A stretch of DNA of 53,935 bases from Candidatus Hermodarchaeota archaeon (GCA_016839365.1 JAEOUH010000067.1:1-53935); one strand, 5' to 3'. Shown: positions 28,447 to 38,007, counted from the first letter of the stretch. Program-made: numbers and translations. Notes: a model not told the origin generated them from the letters alone.

Positions 28447-28914
28447 ATGAAAAAGAAAACCTCCGCGCAGCAATTTAAAGACTGGCTATGGTGGACTTGG
28501 CTTCTGTGGTTGAATCTGGCTATCACGATAATTGTTGCGTTTCTGAACATTCAAGTGGTGAGTGCTATTGCAGTTTCCATATTGCAGGTATTAATCCAAG
28601 TATATGGAATTTTATTTGCATTTACAGCAGTAATCTTTAGTGCGATTTATGCCTCGTTATCAACCAAAGCGATGAAAGAGTCTATTGAAGAAAGTCCTAG
28701 GTTTATGACTGAAACTGCGAAACCCCGATATGATGCACTTAAGAGTTTCTTGAAGGCGTCAACGGCGATTCTCATAACTTCAGTGGTTGGGATTGTAATA
28801 ATCATTCCACTAGTTGCACCCCTAGCAACACTTCCTGCCTTTCTACTCGTTATGTGGACTGTTCCGTTGTGCCTTGAAGCGGGAGTTCTACAATGGTTTG
28901 CTACAAAAGTATAG
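28447..28914 (+). CDS. Hypothetical 4-TM membrane protein (element cargo)
   Basis: Hydrophobic AT-rich ORF preceded by TATTTAAG. Confidence 0.65.
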   Translation: MKKKTSAQQFKDWLWWTWLLWLNLAITIIVAFLNIQVVSAIAVSILQVLIQVYGILFAFTAVIFSAIYASLSTKAMKESIEESPRFMTETAKPRYDALKSFLKASTAILITSVVGIVIIIPLVAPLATLPAFLLVMWTVPLCLEAGVLQWFATKV

Positions 28915-28942
28915 ACAAAATGGAGGAATCGAAACAACTTAA

Positions 28943-30349
28943 TTAGGGCTTGTCCTTCCTCATTTCTTCTCTTACGATTTGCTTCACCACGACGATTCCT
29001 GCAGCCTCATCGAGTGTCATTTCACCGCGCTCAACAAGATACCAAACACTGCTGAAGTAATGATGAACATGTTCATCTGTGATTTTTCCGTCGAATGTGT
29101 CAAATACAGCCTTGTGTGACTGAATAACTTCTCTCGAAAGTCTTTGAGATAATTTCTGCTCTTGAAGCAGGTCCTCTAATTTGAAGAGTTTGTCATACTC
29201 CTTGAATTTTTGTTCGGAATGTTGTTTTTGCTCAGCATATTGTTGTTTCAGAAGATCTATCTCTTCTCGATATTGCTCAGCTGCCCTCCGATTTTCTTTG
29301 ATAGATTCTCGATGTAGTTCAACAGTTTCTCTATCCTGAATCTGCCCGCAATGAGGACAATAGACACTCGTTGGACTGAGTACTTCCCTGCAATTAAGAC
29401 ACTCTTTCCTGATTTGCGGCTCTTCAACTGTCTCAACGTGCGGTTTGATGCCAAGACGTTTCGCATAGCGTTCATGAACCGCATTGGGGTTCTGACGAAT
29501 GTACCGGCGCATTTGACTGCTGTTTGGAACCCAGCCACCCATTTGTGCGATATCCCACGAATCCAGATCATATTTTTCTTTCATCATGGAGGCCCACTGC
29601 TTCCGAAGAAGGTGCGGGTGCACGCGCTTCTTAATCCCAGCACGTTTCGCAGCCTGTTGGACAATGCGCTTCATCGCTCCGTATTTCAATGGGTAGAGCT
29701 TCCCGCCTTGTTGGTAACACCAAAGGGGATCATTATCCTGCTGAGTGGGGTGCAAGGTGAGCCATTGTTTGAGATCCGCGGCGTAATAGTAGATTGGAAC
29801 CCAGCGTTCTTCCCGATCCTTCGTGTGCCGGACATGAATCTTGTAACCATGCGGTACCTTCTCCACATCACCAAAAGCCATATACCCTGCTCCGGTTTTG
29901 CGCGCAGGGGATTCTTTGGGAAATTCTGCTAAGGCTCCGATTCGCATTCCGCCTTCAATGAGCACAACAAGCAGAGCCTTATCACGCGGGAGAGTGGCAG
30001 CACTTATCAGTTGCTGGAGTTCAGCATCACTCAAGATTTCGGGGGATTCGATGGGAATCGATTCCTTCTCTAGCTTTGGGTGGTTCATTACTTCCGGTTT
30101 CTTCAGGTACTTCTTGAAGAAATGGTGAAACGTATCACGCGCAGTGTTTCGCGTGGCAGTTTTCAACTCATCCAGTGTTCGTAGGTACTTGGCCAGATCG
30201 TCAGCACTCATCGCCTCGAAAGGCTTCGCTATGTGTTCCGCAAGTTTCGTGAGCCAATAGGTGTAGCGATCCTTCGTAGCTTGGCTGCGCTTTTTATCGG
30301 TGAGGTGCTGGATGAAACGTTTGAGAGTGGCTCCTTGCTCCGGCAACAT
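28943..30349 (-). CDS. Tyrosine recombinase/integrase with C-terminal zinc ribbon and coiled coil
   Basis: SAM-like N-domain; catalytic R (GMRIG), K (HTKD), HxxR (HPHLLRK), W (GGW), Y (MRRY); CLNC...CPHC. Confidence 0.92.
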   Translation of the reverse strand: MLPEQGATLKRFIQHLTDKKRSQATKDRYTYWLTKLAEHIAKPFEAMSADDLAKYLRTLDELKTATRNTARDTFHHFFKKYLKKPEVMNHPKLEKESIPIESPEILSDAELQQLISAATLPRDKALLVVLIEGGMRIGALAEFPKESPARKTGAGYMAFGDVEKVPHGYKIHVRHTKDREERWVPIYYYAADLKQWLTLHPTQQDNDPLWCYQQGGKLYPLKYGAMKRIVQQAAKRAGIKKRVHPHLLRKQWASMMKEKYDLDSWDIAQMGGWVPNSSQMRRYIRQNPNAVHERYAKRLGIKPHVETVEEPQIRKECLNCREVLSPTSVYCPHCGQIQDRETVELHRESIKENRRAAEQYREEIDLLKQQYAEQKQHSEQKFKEYDKLFKLEDLLQEQKLSQRLSREVIQSHKAVFDTFDGKITDEHVHHYFSSVWYLVERGEMTLDEAAGIVVVKQIVREEMRKDKP

Positions 30350-30387
30350 AATTATCCTGTAAGTATTTTCATCCTAAAAATAAAAAG

Positions 30388-31689
30388 TTAACTATCTGCA
30401 TCTTCTGCATTCCAGAAGAACAAGGCATATAGCACAGTTTGGGTTCCATAGAATGCTAGAGTCAACCAGAAGGGGATTAGGTATAGCCCTTGGTCGAAGA
30501 GTTGTCCTGCGAATTGTACGCTAGTGGCTCGACCGAAACTCATGGCGGAAGTATTGAGGGCTTGAAGATTCGGGCGCCAGGAACTGGGAACTAACTCCAT
30601 GCGGAGGGTTTGCCCGATGGGCATTGTCGCGTTCATTAATGCATTTCGAAGCAAGTAGCTGATGATGGCAATTAAGGGATTCACCACTGAGGCAAGGAGG
30701 ATGATGAAAGGTAACGATAATGCTTGGGTTATCACCACGGAGGGCACCTTCCCAATTCGGGTTGACAGAATGGGCGATAGGAGAACCCCAGTTGCCATGG
30801 TCGCTTGTCCAAGTCCGATGATAAGCCCCACCATATAGGTGGGCAAGTTATAGAATTCCCAGAAGAAGACGTTAATTAATGGAACAATGAGGCCTGCGCC
30901 CAAACCAATAAGGACACTACAGATAACAAACCGAAAAACAATGCTGATTCGACCTTTAGGTTCAAGTGACGGTATGGAATCTGGGGCTAGATCGCGCTCC
31001 TCGGATGTTTTGGCAGGTGGTCTTGATTCTTTCATACCTAAGAGGGGGATTATTCCGATAACACTTGCGATAATCCAGATGATGAGTGTGAGTTGGAAGG
31101 TAATAGGACTGTCGATTGGAACAAGGAACCACAGGGCAAAGAGTCCGGGTAGAAACCCACCAAGCAAGCTACCGAAGAAACTAGAACCTATCCGGGAGGC
31201 CTGCGAGGTTCCAAAAAGGTGAGTCCGTTCATACGGAGAACTACTCCGGGCCATCAAAGGGCTGTATGAGGTAATGGAAAGACTGTTTCCAAAATAGAAC
31301 AAGATCATCATCATGATCAAGATTTCAGGAATTGGGATGGTGATCAGTGCGCTGGCAGCGATAGCCATGACTACTCCTGATAAAACCATGGTTGTCTTTT
31401 CACCAATCCGAGTGGTATAGGGACCAGCGATTAAGGCACCAATTGCCATGGTGTATAAGCCCAAAGACAGTAGCCCGGCAATGAAGCCCGTGGAAAAGCC
31501 AACTGATAGCAAATAGAGGTTGAAGATAGCCTGGTACATTCCAAAGCCCAGTCGGCTGATTGCCTGGCTGATGATGACTCGTCGTGCATTTGGAGTAAAC
31601 CGTTGAACTCTATGCCAATAAGCAGCTGCCTCTGAACTAAGACTCTCAGCGAGGTTCAACGACTGGCTCCTCCAAAACCATGCAAACAA
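30388..31689 (-). CDS. MFS transporter (integration target; last four residues DADS derive from the element)
   Basis: About 12 TM; RIGEK and RIGKV loop motifs; paralog of 32898-34217. Confidence 0.88.
   Translation of the reverse strand: MFAWFWRSQSLNLAESLSSEAAAYWHRVQRFTPNARRVIISQAISRLGFGMYQAIFNLYLLSVGFSTGFIAGLLSLGLYTMAIGALIAGPYTTRIGEKTTMVLSGVVMAIAASALITIPIPEILIMMMILFYFGNSLSITSYSPLMARSSSPYERTHLFGTSQASRIGSSFFGSLLGGFLPGLFALWFLVPIDSPITFQLTLIIWIIASVIGIIPLLGMKESRPPAKTSEERDLAPDSIPSLEPKGRISIVFRFVICSVLIGLGAGLIVPLINVFFWEFYNLPTYMVGLIIGLGQATMATGVLLSPILSTRIGKVPSVVITQALSLPFIILLASVVNPLIAIISYLLRNALMNATMPIGQTLRMELVPSSWRPNLQALNTSAMSFGRATSVQFAGQLFDQGLYLIPFWLTLAFYGTQTVLYALFFWNAEDADS
30403..30414 (+). repeat. 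Right attachment-site core TTCTGCATTCCA (within the last codons of the MFS gene)
   Basis: Identical to 23772-23783; encodes WNAE on the minus strand. Confidence 0.8.
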
Positions 31690-31831
31690 CCGAGGACGAC
31701 TACCCCGCGTTCTTGATATGGCAATTCGGTAGTCCTTGCCTCGTGCTTACAATAATAAAAGCTTGTGAAAGGATAAGAAAAAAGGAAATGCGACGTCGCG
31801 AAGATTCCAGGGCCCTGAGTGCGAGAATGGC

Positions 31832-32035
31832 TTAAGCGCTTTTCTTCTCTTCTTTTTCAAGGTCGGAGATCCGTTCATCAATGTGCTTGATGTAGTCTTC
31901 AAGCTGGGCTTTCATGGCTTCCAGACCTTTGATGCGAGCTTCTTTACTCGGTTCATATCCGGGACTGCAGCACATCTGACCTATGAACGGAGCCATACCT
32001 CGGAACCTGAAGTGGTGTTCTGTTGGTCCACACAT
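31832..32035 (-). CDS. Small Cys/His-rich coiled-coil protein (DUF5320-like)
   Basis: MCGP..HH...CC then SKEARIKGLEAMKAQLEDYIKHIDERISDL; AGGTGA SD; co-transcribed with padR. Confidence 0.65.
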   Translation of the reverse strand: MCGPTEHHFRFRGMAPFIGQMCCSPGYEPSKEARIKGLEAMKAQLEDYIKHIDERISDLEKEEKKSA

Positions 32036-32048
32036 AGCTGTTTCACCT

Positions 32049-32621
32049 CTATTCTAATTCGTCAGAGCTTTTCAACTCGGTGAGTCGTTTTTCAACCCAT
32101 TTCAGTTCACGTTCCAGGTATTCCCGATAGCGTTTCATGAATAGGAGGTGTCGTGGGGTACAATGGCCCGGTTCGCAATCACATTGTATCTTCATGGCCA
32201 TGAAAGCTGCAGGGCTTTGCTCGCGGACACTCCAATCTAAAAGTTCGTCTTGGGCTTTGCCATTCATGCTGGTTCCTAAGAACCGCCAAAAATGGTCTTG
32301 CGCTTTGAACTCGGACCTGAGATTACGAAGCGCTTCGTCGAGTACCTTTTTCCCCTTTGGGGTCAACTGATACTCTACGGCATCTGGGCGGTCCTCTTGG
32401 GTTACCCGTTCACTAGAAATAAGGTCTCGTTCAGCCATTCTATGGAGTGCAGGATACACTGTACCGCTCTTCAGCCTCCAGCCACCAAGTCTGCCCTTCA
32501 GACCTTGCAGCACACGATAGCCATGCGCTGGACCCTGATTCAAGAGGGTGAGGATGATAATTTCTACGAAGCTGACGCTGCCTTCACTAGTTTCAATGCG
32601 TCCTTTACCACAGAATGCCAT
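32049..32621 (-). CDS. PadR family transcriptional regulator
   Basis: GPAHGY, SGTVYPALHRM, YQLTPKG; Cys/His-containing C-terminal coil. Confidence 0.9.
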   Translation of the reverse strand: MAFCGKGRIETSEGSVSFVEIIILTLLNQGPAHGYRVLQGLKGRLGGWRLKSGTVYPALHRMAERDLISSERVTQEDRPDAVEYQLTPKGKKVLDEALRNLRSEFKAQDHFWRFLGTSMNGKAQDELLDWSVREQSPAAFMAMKIQCDCEPGHCTPRHLLFMKRYREYLERELKWVEKRLTELKSSDELE

Positions 32622-32638
32622 TATGTAGTCACCGAGTT

Positions 32639-32681
32639 ATGTAGTGCTCTACATAGCTATGTAGAAGTCTACCTATATAAA
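32639..32681 (-). promoter_or_regulatory. padR promoter: TATA box plus two PadR-type boxes
   Basis: ATGT-N8-ACAT (32639-32654) and ATGT-N8-ACCT (32659-32674) between the minus-strand TTTATAT (32681-32675) and the padR start. Confidence 0.65.
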
Positions 32682-32897
32682 CCTTCTCACACTACGATAT
32701 CATCAAATATAACGCTATCGCCAACCACCTTTTCTAAAAAAACACTCGGATCCTTCAAGCTAGGACTGGGGATTGGCCTCATCTTCATGATTACTGGTAT
32801 CATCATTGTCTATGTACTGATGCGACGACGATTCTAAGTCACACCATCCACCGGACCAATGGGACAAATTCCTGTCACGGTCCAGCGTTCTCTCTTG

Positions 32898-34217
32898 TTA
32901 GCTCACCTTGTTGGTGTTGTGTCCATGAGTATGTTTCTGTCTTTTCTCGATATTCCAAAAGAACGCTGCATATAGAAAGGTGGATGCTGAATAACTACCA
33001 AGAGTGAACCAGAACGGAATTAAATATAATCCCAAATCGAAGAGCGGACCAGTCACAAGAGTGCTAAATGCCCAAGGGAAATTCCAGGCAAACGACGATG
33101 CCGCACTCATCTGTGGACGGTAAGCTTCTGGAGTCAATTCCATTCGGAGTGCTTGATCCACCGGACCGCTAGCATTCATGAGAACTACACGAAACAGGTA
33201 GCTCACAATCGCGATAAAAGGGTTGATGATGGTGGCGATGAAGAAAAGAAATGGAAGTGATAAACTTTGGGTTACGAGAACGGTTTTCACCTTTCCGATT
33301 CGCGTTGATAATACTGGTGAGAGAAAAGCACCCGCAGCAACTGAAAGAGATCCAAATCCCTGAACGAGTCCAACCATGTAGGTGGGGAGGTTATAGAAGT
33401 CCCAGAAGAAAATGGTCAGATAGGGGATAACGAAACCAGCCCCAAGGCCAATGAACGCATTAACAATCCCGAATCGAAGGAGAAGTCTTCGTACATCTTG
33501 TTTAGCGACAGGTTCAATTTCTACAACTTCGTAGGGAATCTCACGAGGTATGGGCTGATCCTTTTCACGTACAAGAAGGAGTGGAACAATGCCTAACGAT
33601 AATGGGAGGGCTTGGATGAGGAGTGCCAGTTGAAACGTAATAGAGCTATCCAAGGGGAATCCGAAATAAATGGCGAACATACCTGGGAGAAATCCGGCTA
33701 ATGTGTTGGCGAAAAAGGAGCTAAGAATGAACGCTGATTGGGAGGTGCCAAATAAATGCGTCCGTTCATAAGAAGTGCTACATTTGGCTAAGAAGGGACC
33801 AAAAGCCACATTACGCATAGCCTGTCCGAGTCCACTGATTATTGCCATTGTATAAAGAATGGGAGGCAGAGGAAAGAGAATCTGGGTCATTGATGCTAAA
33901 AACGTGATGAATGAAGCCAGTATGAGTGAACGTTTGGTGCCGAACCGTGAGACGAGAAATCCCATAAACAGTGAGCAGATGGCCATTGTGAAAGCGTTGA
34001 TGGACATGAGGCTTCCGACAAAGGTGTTAGAATAACCTAAACTGATGATGTAAAGGTTTAACAGGGTTTGAGAAATTCCCCAACCAAAGGCAGAGAAGAC
34101 GTTACTAAGAATCAGCTTTTGTGCATTAGGTGTGAACTGGCGCATACGTTGCCAGTAGCCAATAGCATCCTGCCGTAACGTATTACTCAAAAGGGTCTCC
34201 TCAAATAGGGAAGGCAC
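32898..34217 (-). CDS. MFS transporter, paralog of 30388-31689
   Basis: Shared FTPNA, YERTHLFGTSQ, LSTRIGKV and FFWN.E segments. Confidence 0.88.
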   Translation of the reverse strand: MPSLFEETLLSNTLRQDAIGYWQRMRQFTPNAQKLILSNVFSAFGWGISQTLLNLYIISLGYSNTFVGSLMSINAFTMAICSLFMGFLVSRFGTKRSLILASFITFLASMTQILFPLPPILYTMAIISGLGQAMRNVAFGPFLAKCSTSYERTHLFGTSQSAFILSSFFANTLAGFLPGMFAIYFGFPLDSSITFQLALLIQALPLSLGIVPLLLVREKDQPIPREIPYEVVEIEPVAKQDVRRLLLRFGIVNAFIGLGAGFVIPYLTIFFWDFYNLPTYMVGLVQGFGSLSVAAGAFLSPVLSTRIGKVKTVLVTQSLSLPFLFFIATIINPFIAIVSYLFRVVLMNASGPVDQALRMELTPEAYRPQMSAASSFAWNFPWAFSTLVTGPLFDLGLYLIPFWFTLGSYSASTFLYAAFFWNIEKRQKHTHGHNTNKVS

Positions 34218-34265
34218 CAGGTAAATGGGCTATTTTAAGCTAATGTCTATGAGAATAATCAAAGG

Positions 34266-35426
34266 TTACAGATCATATTCTTTGAAGACTTCGCGCTGGA
34301 TGAGGTATCTCAGAATTTCAGCAGTGCCTCCACCAATCGTCATCAAGCGCGCATCACGAAGGAATCGCTCCACTGGTCGTTGTTTCGTATATCCAATTCC
34401 GCCTAGTACCTGGAGGGCATCCGTAGCAGTTTCGATGGACTTCTCACAAGCATAGAGTTTTGCAATGGCTGCATCCTTGGTCGCGGATTTCCCAGCATCG
34501 ATTAATCGGGCTGCTTTATAGGTTAGTAACCGAGCGGCTTCAAGTCTTGTAGCCATATCGGCAATTTTGAAGCTAATACCTTCAAACTCACGGATCTTCC
34601 GTCGAAATTGCACTCGATGATTGCTATAATGCACCGCCTCTTCCATCGCGGCACGAGCAACTCCATTCATTTCAGCTGCGAGAATCGTGCGTTCAGCATC
34701 AAGTCCAGCCATGACAACACGGAATCCACCATTAAGATCTCCGAGGATTTGTTCCTCTGAAACCTCCACATCATTGAGGGCTAGTCGACCTACATGCGCC
34801 CCATGCATACCCAACAATTCGTATTCTTCGACGACTTCAAATCCTTTTGCCTTGGTTTCAACAATGAAGGCAGTCATTCCTTGTTTGGCTTTTACTGTTG
34901 GATCGGTGACGGTGTAACAGAGCAGATAGTCGGCAACCGGTCCGTTGGTGATAAACCGTTTTTCACCATTAATAACATATTTACTACCCCGCTTTTCTGC
35001 ACGCGTTTCGGTTCCGGCAACATCGCTGCCAACGTTTGGTTCTGTAATTCCCAAAGCACCAATCTTTTCGCCCTTCGCCACGGGGGCTAGGTATTTCTTC
35101 TTCTGGGCTTCAGTGCCGAATTCATAGACTGGATGTGCAAAGAGTATACACGATGCGACTCTGGCCATGTCAAAGCCTGCGTGGACTGCACAGATTTCTT
35201 CAGTGACCAATACCTCATACATTAACCCTTTTCCAATTCCGCCATATTCAAGGGGATACCGGGATCCCAGGTATCCCGCTTTGCCAAACTTTCGAATAAT
35301 ATCCCAGGCCTCTACTTTGCCTTGCTCTATATCTTCAGCCACCGGTGCTAGAGTCTTCTGTACGAAATCACGGGCCTTTATTTGAAACTTAATCTCATCT
35401 TCGGAAAGGAATGCGATCTCTGTCAT
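34266..35426 (-). CDS. Acyl-CoA dehydrogenase
   Basis: ITEPNVGSD, INGEKRFITNG, RVQF, QVLGGIGY, IGGGTAEILR; start moved to ATG 35426 (MTEIAFLS). Confidence 0.92.
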   Translation of the reverse strand: MTEIAFLSEDEIKFQIKARDFVQKTLAPVAEDIEQGKVEAWDIIRKFGKAGYLGSRYPLEYGGIGKGLMYEVLVTEEICAVHAGFDMARVASCILFAHPVYEFGTEAQKKKYLAPVAKGEKIGALGITEPNVGSDVAGTETRAEKRGSKYVINGEKRFITNGPVADYLLCYTVTDPTVKAKQGMTAFIVETKAKGFEVVEEYELLGMHGAHVGRLALNDVEVSEEQILGDLNGGFRVVMAGLDAERTILAAEMNGVARAAMEEAVHYSNHRVQFRRKIREFEGISFKIADMATRLEAARLLTYKAARLIDAGKSATKDAAIAKLYACEKSIETATDALQVLGGIGYTKQRPVERFLRDARLMTIGGGTAEILRYLIQREVFKEYDL

Positions 35427-35526
35427 GGTAATCACAAATCGAATAAATGCTAAGTCGAGAAACATAAGACGCGGGTTTTTAAAGTACTTCGCCACGCGCA
35501 AAAAAGAATTATGTTGATATCTAAGG

Positions 35527-35928
35527 TCAAGCCTCTTTCTGCCGCTTGGACTTATGCAGAGCGGATACAGCTTGTTTCCGGGTCTGCCGTTTAATCTCCT
35601 CGATTTGCTCAATGGCTGGGAGAATTGTGTCCACTAGCTCGCTTTTCGCTTGGATACCCTCATGGGTTAGAAACGCCACGGCTTCACTTCGACTCTTGAA
35701 AATCTCTAGTGCAATTAACGCATCGACGATTCTCAAATCTGAGTCCCACAGTCGGGTCATCACAATATTGTCTCGACGTTTCGCTTCAGGAAGATCGCCT
35801 TTCATGAAGAGCTGTTTTAACTCTTCCATTACTTCCTGCTTCAATGCAGGTGTCATATCCAGGTCATCCGTTGTGACTGAGGCTGCAGGAGTTCTCCGCT
35901 TCGTTTTGGTCTTGGACGAGGAGGTCAT
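35527..35928 (-). CDS. Ribbon-helix-helix (CopG-like) putative regulator
   Basis: NIVMTRL...IVDALI...FKSRSEAV...GI pattern. Confidence 0.65.
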   Translation of the reverse strand: MTSSSKTKTKRRTPAASVTTDDLDMTPALKQEVMEELKQLFMKGDLPEAKRRDNIVMTRLWDSDLRIVDALIALEIFKSRSEAVAFLTHEGIQAKSELVDTILPAIEQIEEIKRQTRKQAVSALHKSKRQKEA

Positions 35929-36097
35929 AGGCTTTCCCTATTCTATTGGTGAGTGAAACTTAGCATTTTAGCGTTACGCCTCACCGTCTTTATGCGTTAC
36001 ATTATTGCACTTTGGTAGGTTGTTAGTGATTGGGGCAAGCTTAAATACGGGTAGAACTTAACACTGTTAAGCTTAGGGATTTCAGAGGCGCATTGGA

Positions 36098-36367
36098 ATG
36101 TCTGAAGAATCAAAGAAAACAACACACAGCAAGGTCGAAATCCATCACACGATTGATGCACGGGGTCTGTATTGTCCAATACCCGTGTACAAGACCAGGC
36201 AGGCAGTGCTAGAAGCTAAACCCGATGAAGTTGTCGAAGTGCTAGCTGACGATCCTGCCTCAGAAGAGGACATATCACGATGGGCAAAACGCACTGGAAA
36301 CACGATTTTAAAAATCGAACATTGTGAAGATTATCTTCGGTTCCTGGTTCAAAAGACTGAGAAGTGA
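36098..36367 (+). CDS. tusA: TusA/SirA sulfur carrier
   Basis: IDARGLYCPIP motif; LADDP..EEDI..W. Confidence 0.9.
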   Translation: MSEESKKTTHSKVEIHHTIDARGLYCPIPVYKTRQAVLEAKPDEVVEVLADDPASEEDISRWAKRTGNTILKIEHCEDYLRFLVQKTEK

Positions 36368-36373
36368 GTAAAA

Positions 36374-36736
36374 ATGCCAAAAAAAATCTTATATATAGTA
36401 ACAAGCGGAACAGACGAACCCCACCGGCTTTATGCTCCATTTGTATTAGCCACTACCGCTAGAGCAATGGATATTGATGCCACAATCTACTTTCTTATTA
36501 ACGGTGTTATGGTCATGAAACAAGGGGAAGCTGAAAAAATCCAGTTAGGTAGTTTTCCTCCACTTAAGGAGGTTATCGACCAGGCTATCAAAGCTGGAGT
36601 TAAACTGATGGCCTGTGACCAAAGCACACAGATGTTAGGTTTAGAACGTGGCGGTTACTTGAAAGAATGTGGAGTCGTTGGGTCAGCAACCCTAAACGAT
36701 CTTGCTTTAGAAGCTGATGCAATCCTAAGCTTCTAG
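36374..36736 (+). CDS. DsrE family sulfur-transfer protein
   Basis: KILYIVTSG, IYFLINGV, GVKLMACDQS with conserved Cys. Confidence 0.85.
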   Translation: MPKKILYIVTSGTDEPHRLYAPFVLATTARAMDIDATIYFLINGVMVMKQGEAEKIQLGSFPPLKEVIDQAIKAGVKLMACDQSTQMLGLERGGYLKECGVVGSATLNDLALEADAILSF

Positions 36737-36770
36737 CACCGCATGGATATGAAATAGGGAGTGATTTGCC

Positions 36771-37982
36771 ATGGTGGAACAGGTCAATTTCAATCATAGT
36801 GCAGGAGTACCGATTGATGAACGAGTCCTTGCAGCAATGCAACCCTATTTCCGAACTTATTATGGTAATCCCGGCTCCGTGCATACAGCGGGACAACAAT
36901 CAGCAAAGGCTGTTGAGAATGCCCGAATCCAAGTCGCCCGACTCATCGGTGCGGATGCAAAAGATAAAATCATCTTCACAAGTGGAGCCACGGAATCAAA
37001 CAATTTGGCTTTGCAGGGCTTTGCCTATCGTAACCGTAGGAAAGGGAACCATATCATCCTCTCACAGGTTGAACACCTCAGCATCATCAATACAGTGAAA
37101 TTCCTCAACAAACAGGGATTCGAATCGACGCAAGTGCCTGTGGATGAATTTGGGTTAGTGAACACAAAAGCACTCGAAGAGGCAATCACTGACCAGACCA
37201 TCCTCATATCAATTCAGCATGCTAATAATGAAGTAGGTACAGTCCAGCCTTTAGCAGAGATTGGAAAAATCGCCAAAAGCGCTGAAATTCCATTACACGT
37301 GGATGCTGTGGCTAGCGCCGGTCAAATCCCCATCAACGTTTCTGACCATGGAATTTCGTTATTAACCCTATCATCAAATGACCTTTATGGTCCAAAAGGA
37401 GTGGGTGCCCTTTACTTGGAGAAAGGGATTGCTGTTCAAACAATTATCCTTGGTGGAGGTCAAGAGTATGGTATCCGGTCCGGATCAGAAAATGTTCCTG
37501 GAATCGTTGGAATGGGGCTAGCCGCAGAGATAGCTATGAGACAGCAACCGGAATTTGCCAGTTATCTTACAGGACTACGTGATGACTTGATACAAGGAAT
37601 ACTCAAAAAAGTCGATGAAGCATATTTGAATGGTCATCCAACCAAACGCTTACCGAACAATGCTAATATCCGGTTTAGCTATATTGAGGGTGAAGCAATC
37701 ACCTTGCATTTAAGTTTCCAAGGTTTTTTGGTTGCAACTAGCTCTGCCTGTACTTCAAAAACACTAGCCCCCTCACATTGCTTAATGAGCATGGGCATTT
37801 CAGAAGCTGAAGCCCACGGGGCACTCCAACTCACATTAGGACGTGAAAACACTCAAGCACAAATCGATCGATTTGTTGAGGTGCTTCCACCAATTGTCGA
37901 AAAGCTGCGGGCAATGTCACCGCTTTCAAAAGATGTACCATACGAACTGTTTGAAAACGAAGAGCATGAACATCATCATTAA
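36771..37982 (+). CDS. iscS: IscS/NifS-like protein with the PLP lysine replaced by Asp
   Basis: YGNPGSVH, FTSGATESNN, ANNEVGT, HVDAV, SSNDLYGPKG (normally SxHKxxGPKG), SSACTS. Confidence 0.88.
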   Translation: MVEQVNFNHSAGVPIDERVLAAMQPYFRTYYGNPGSVHTAGQQSAKAVENARIQVARLIGADAKDKIIFTSGATESNNLALQGFAYRNRRKGNHIILSQVEHLSIINTVKFLNKQGFESTQVPVDEFGLVNTKALEEAITDQTILISIQHANNEVGTVQPLAEIGKIAKSAEIPLHVDAVASAGQIPINVSDHGISLLTLSSNDLYGPKGVGALYLEKGIAVQTIILGGGQEYGIRSGSENVPGIVGMGLAAEIAMRQQPEFASYLTGLRDDLIQGILKKVDEAYLNGHPTKRLPNNANIRFSYIEGEAITLHLSFQGFLVATSSACTSKTLAPSHCLMSMGISEAEAHGALQLTLGRENTQAQIDRFVEVLPPIVEKLRAMSPLSKDVPYELFENEEHEHHH

Positions 37983-38007
37983 TCACTAGAAAAGGAGATG
38001 AAACAAC

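Larger units (their letters stand above)
23772..30414. mobile_element. Integrative element (~6.6 kb) with tyrosine integrase, inserted in the 3' end of an MFS gene
   Basis: 12-bp direct repeat TTCTGCATTCCA at both ends; integrase start 53 bp from the right repeat; AbrB-like and wHTH-like genes at the left end; AT-rich internal segments. Confidence 0.82.

Noticed and set aside
27760-28550. Short ORFs (86-92 aa) in the element's internal non-coding region
   Set aside because: Mutually overlapping, lack motifs and have atypical composition; better explained as cis-acting DNA.
23772-30414. Provirus or conjugative element
   Set aside because: No recognisable capsid, packaging ATPase, relaxase or VirB4 genes; called only an integrative element.
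32292-32690. 181-aa plus-strand ORF as a full gene
   Set aside because: Most of it is antisense to padR and crosses its promoter; only the last ~48 codons look protein-like (reported separately).
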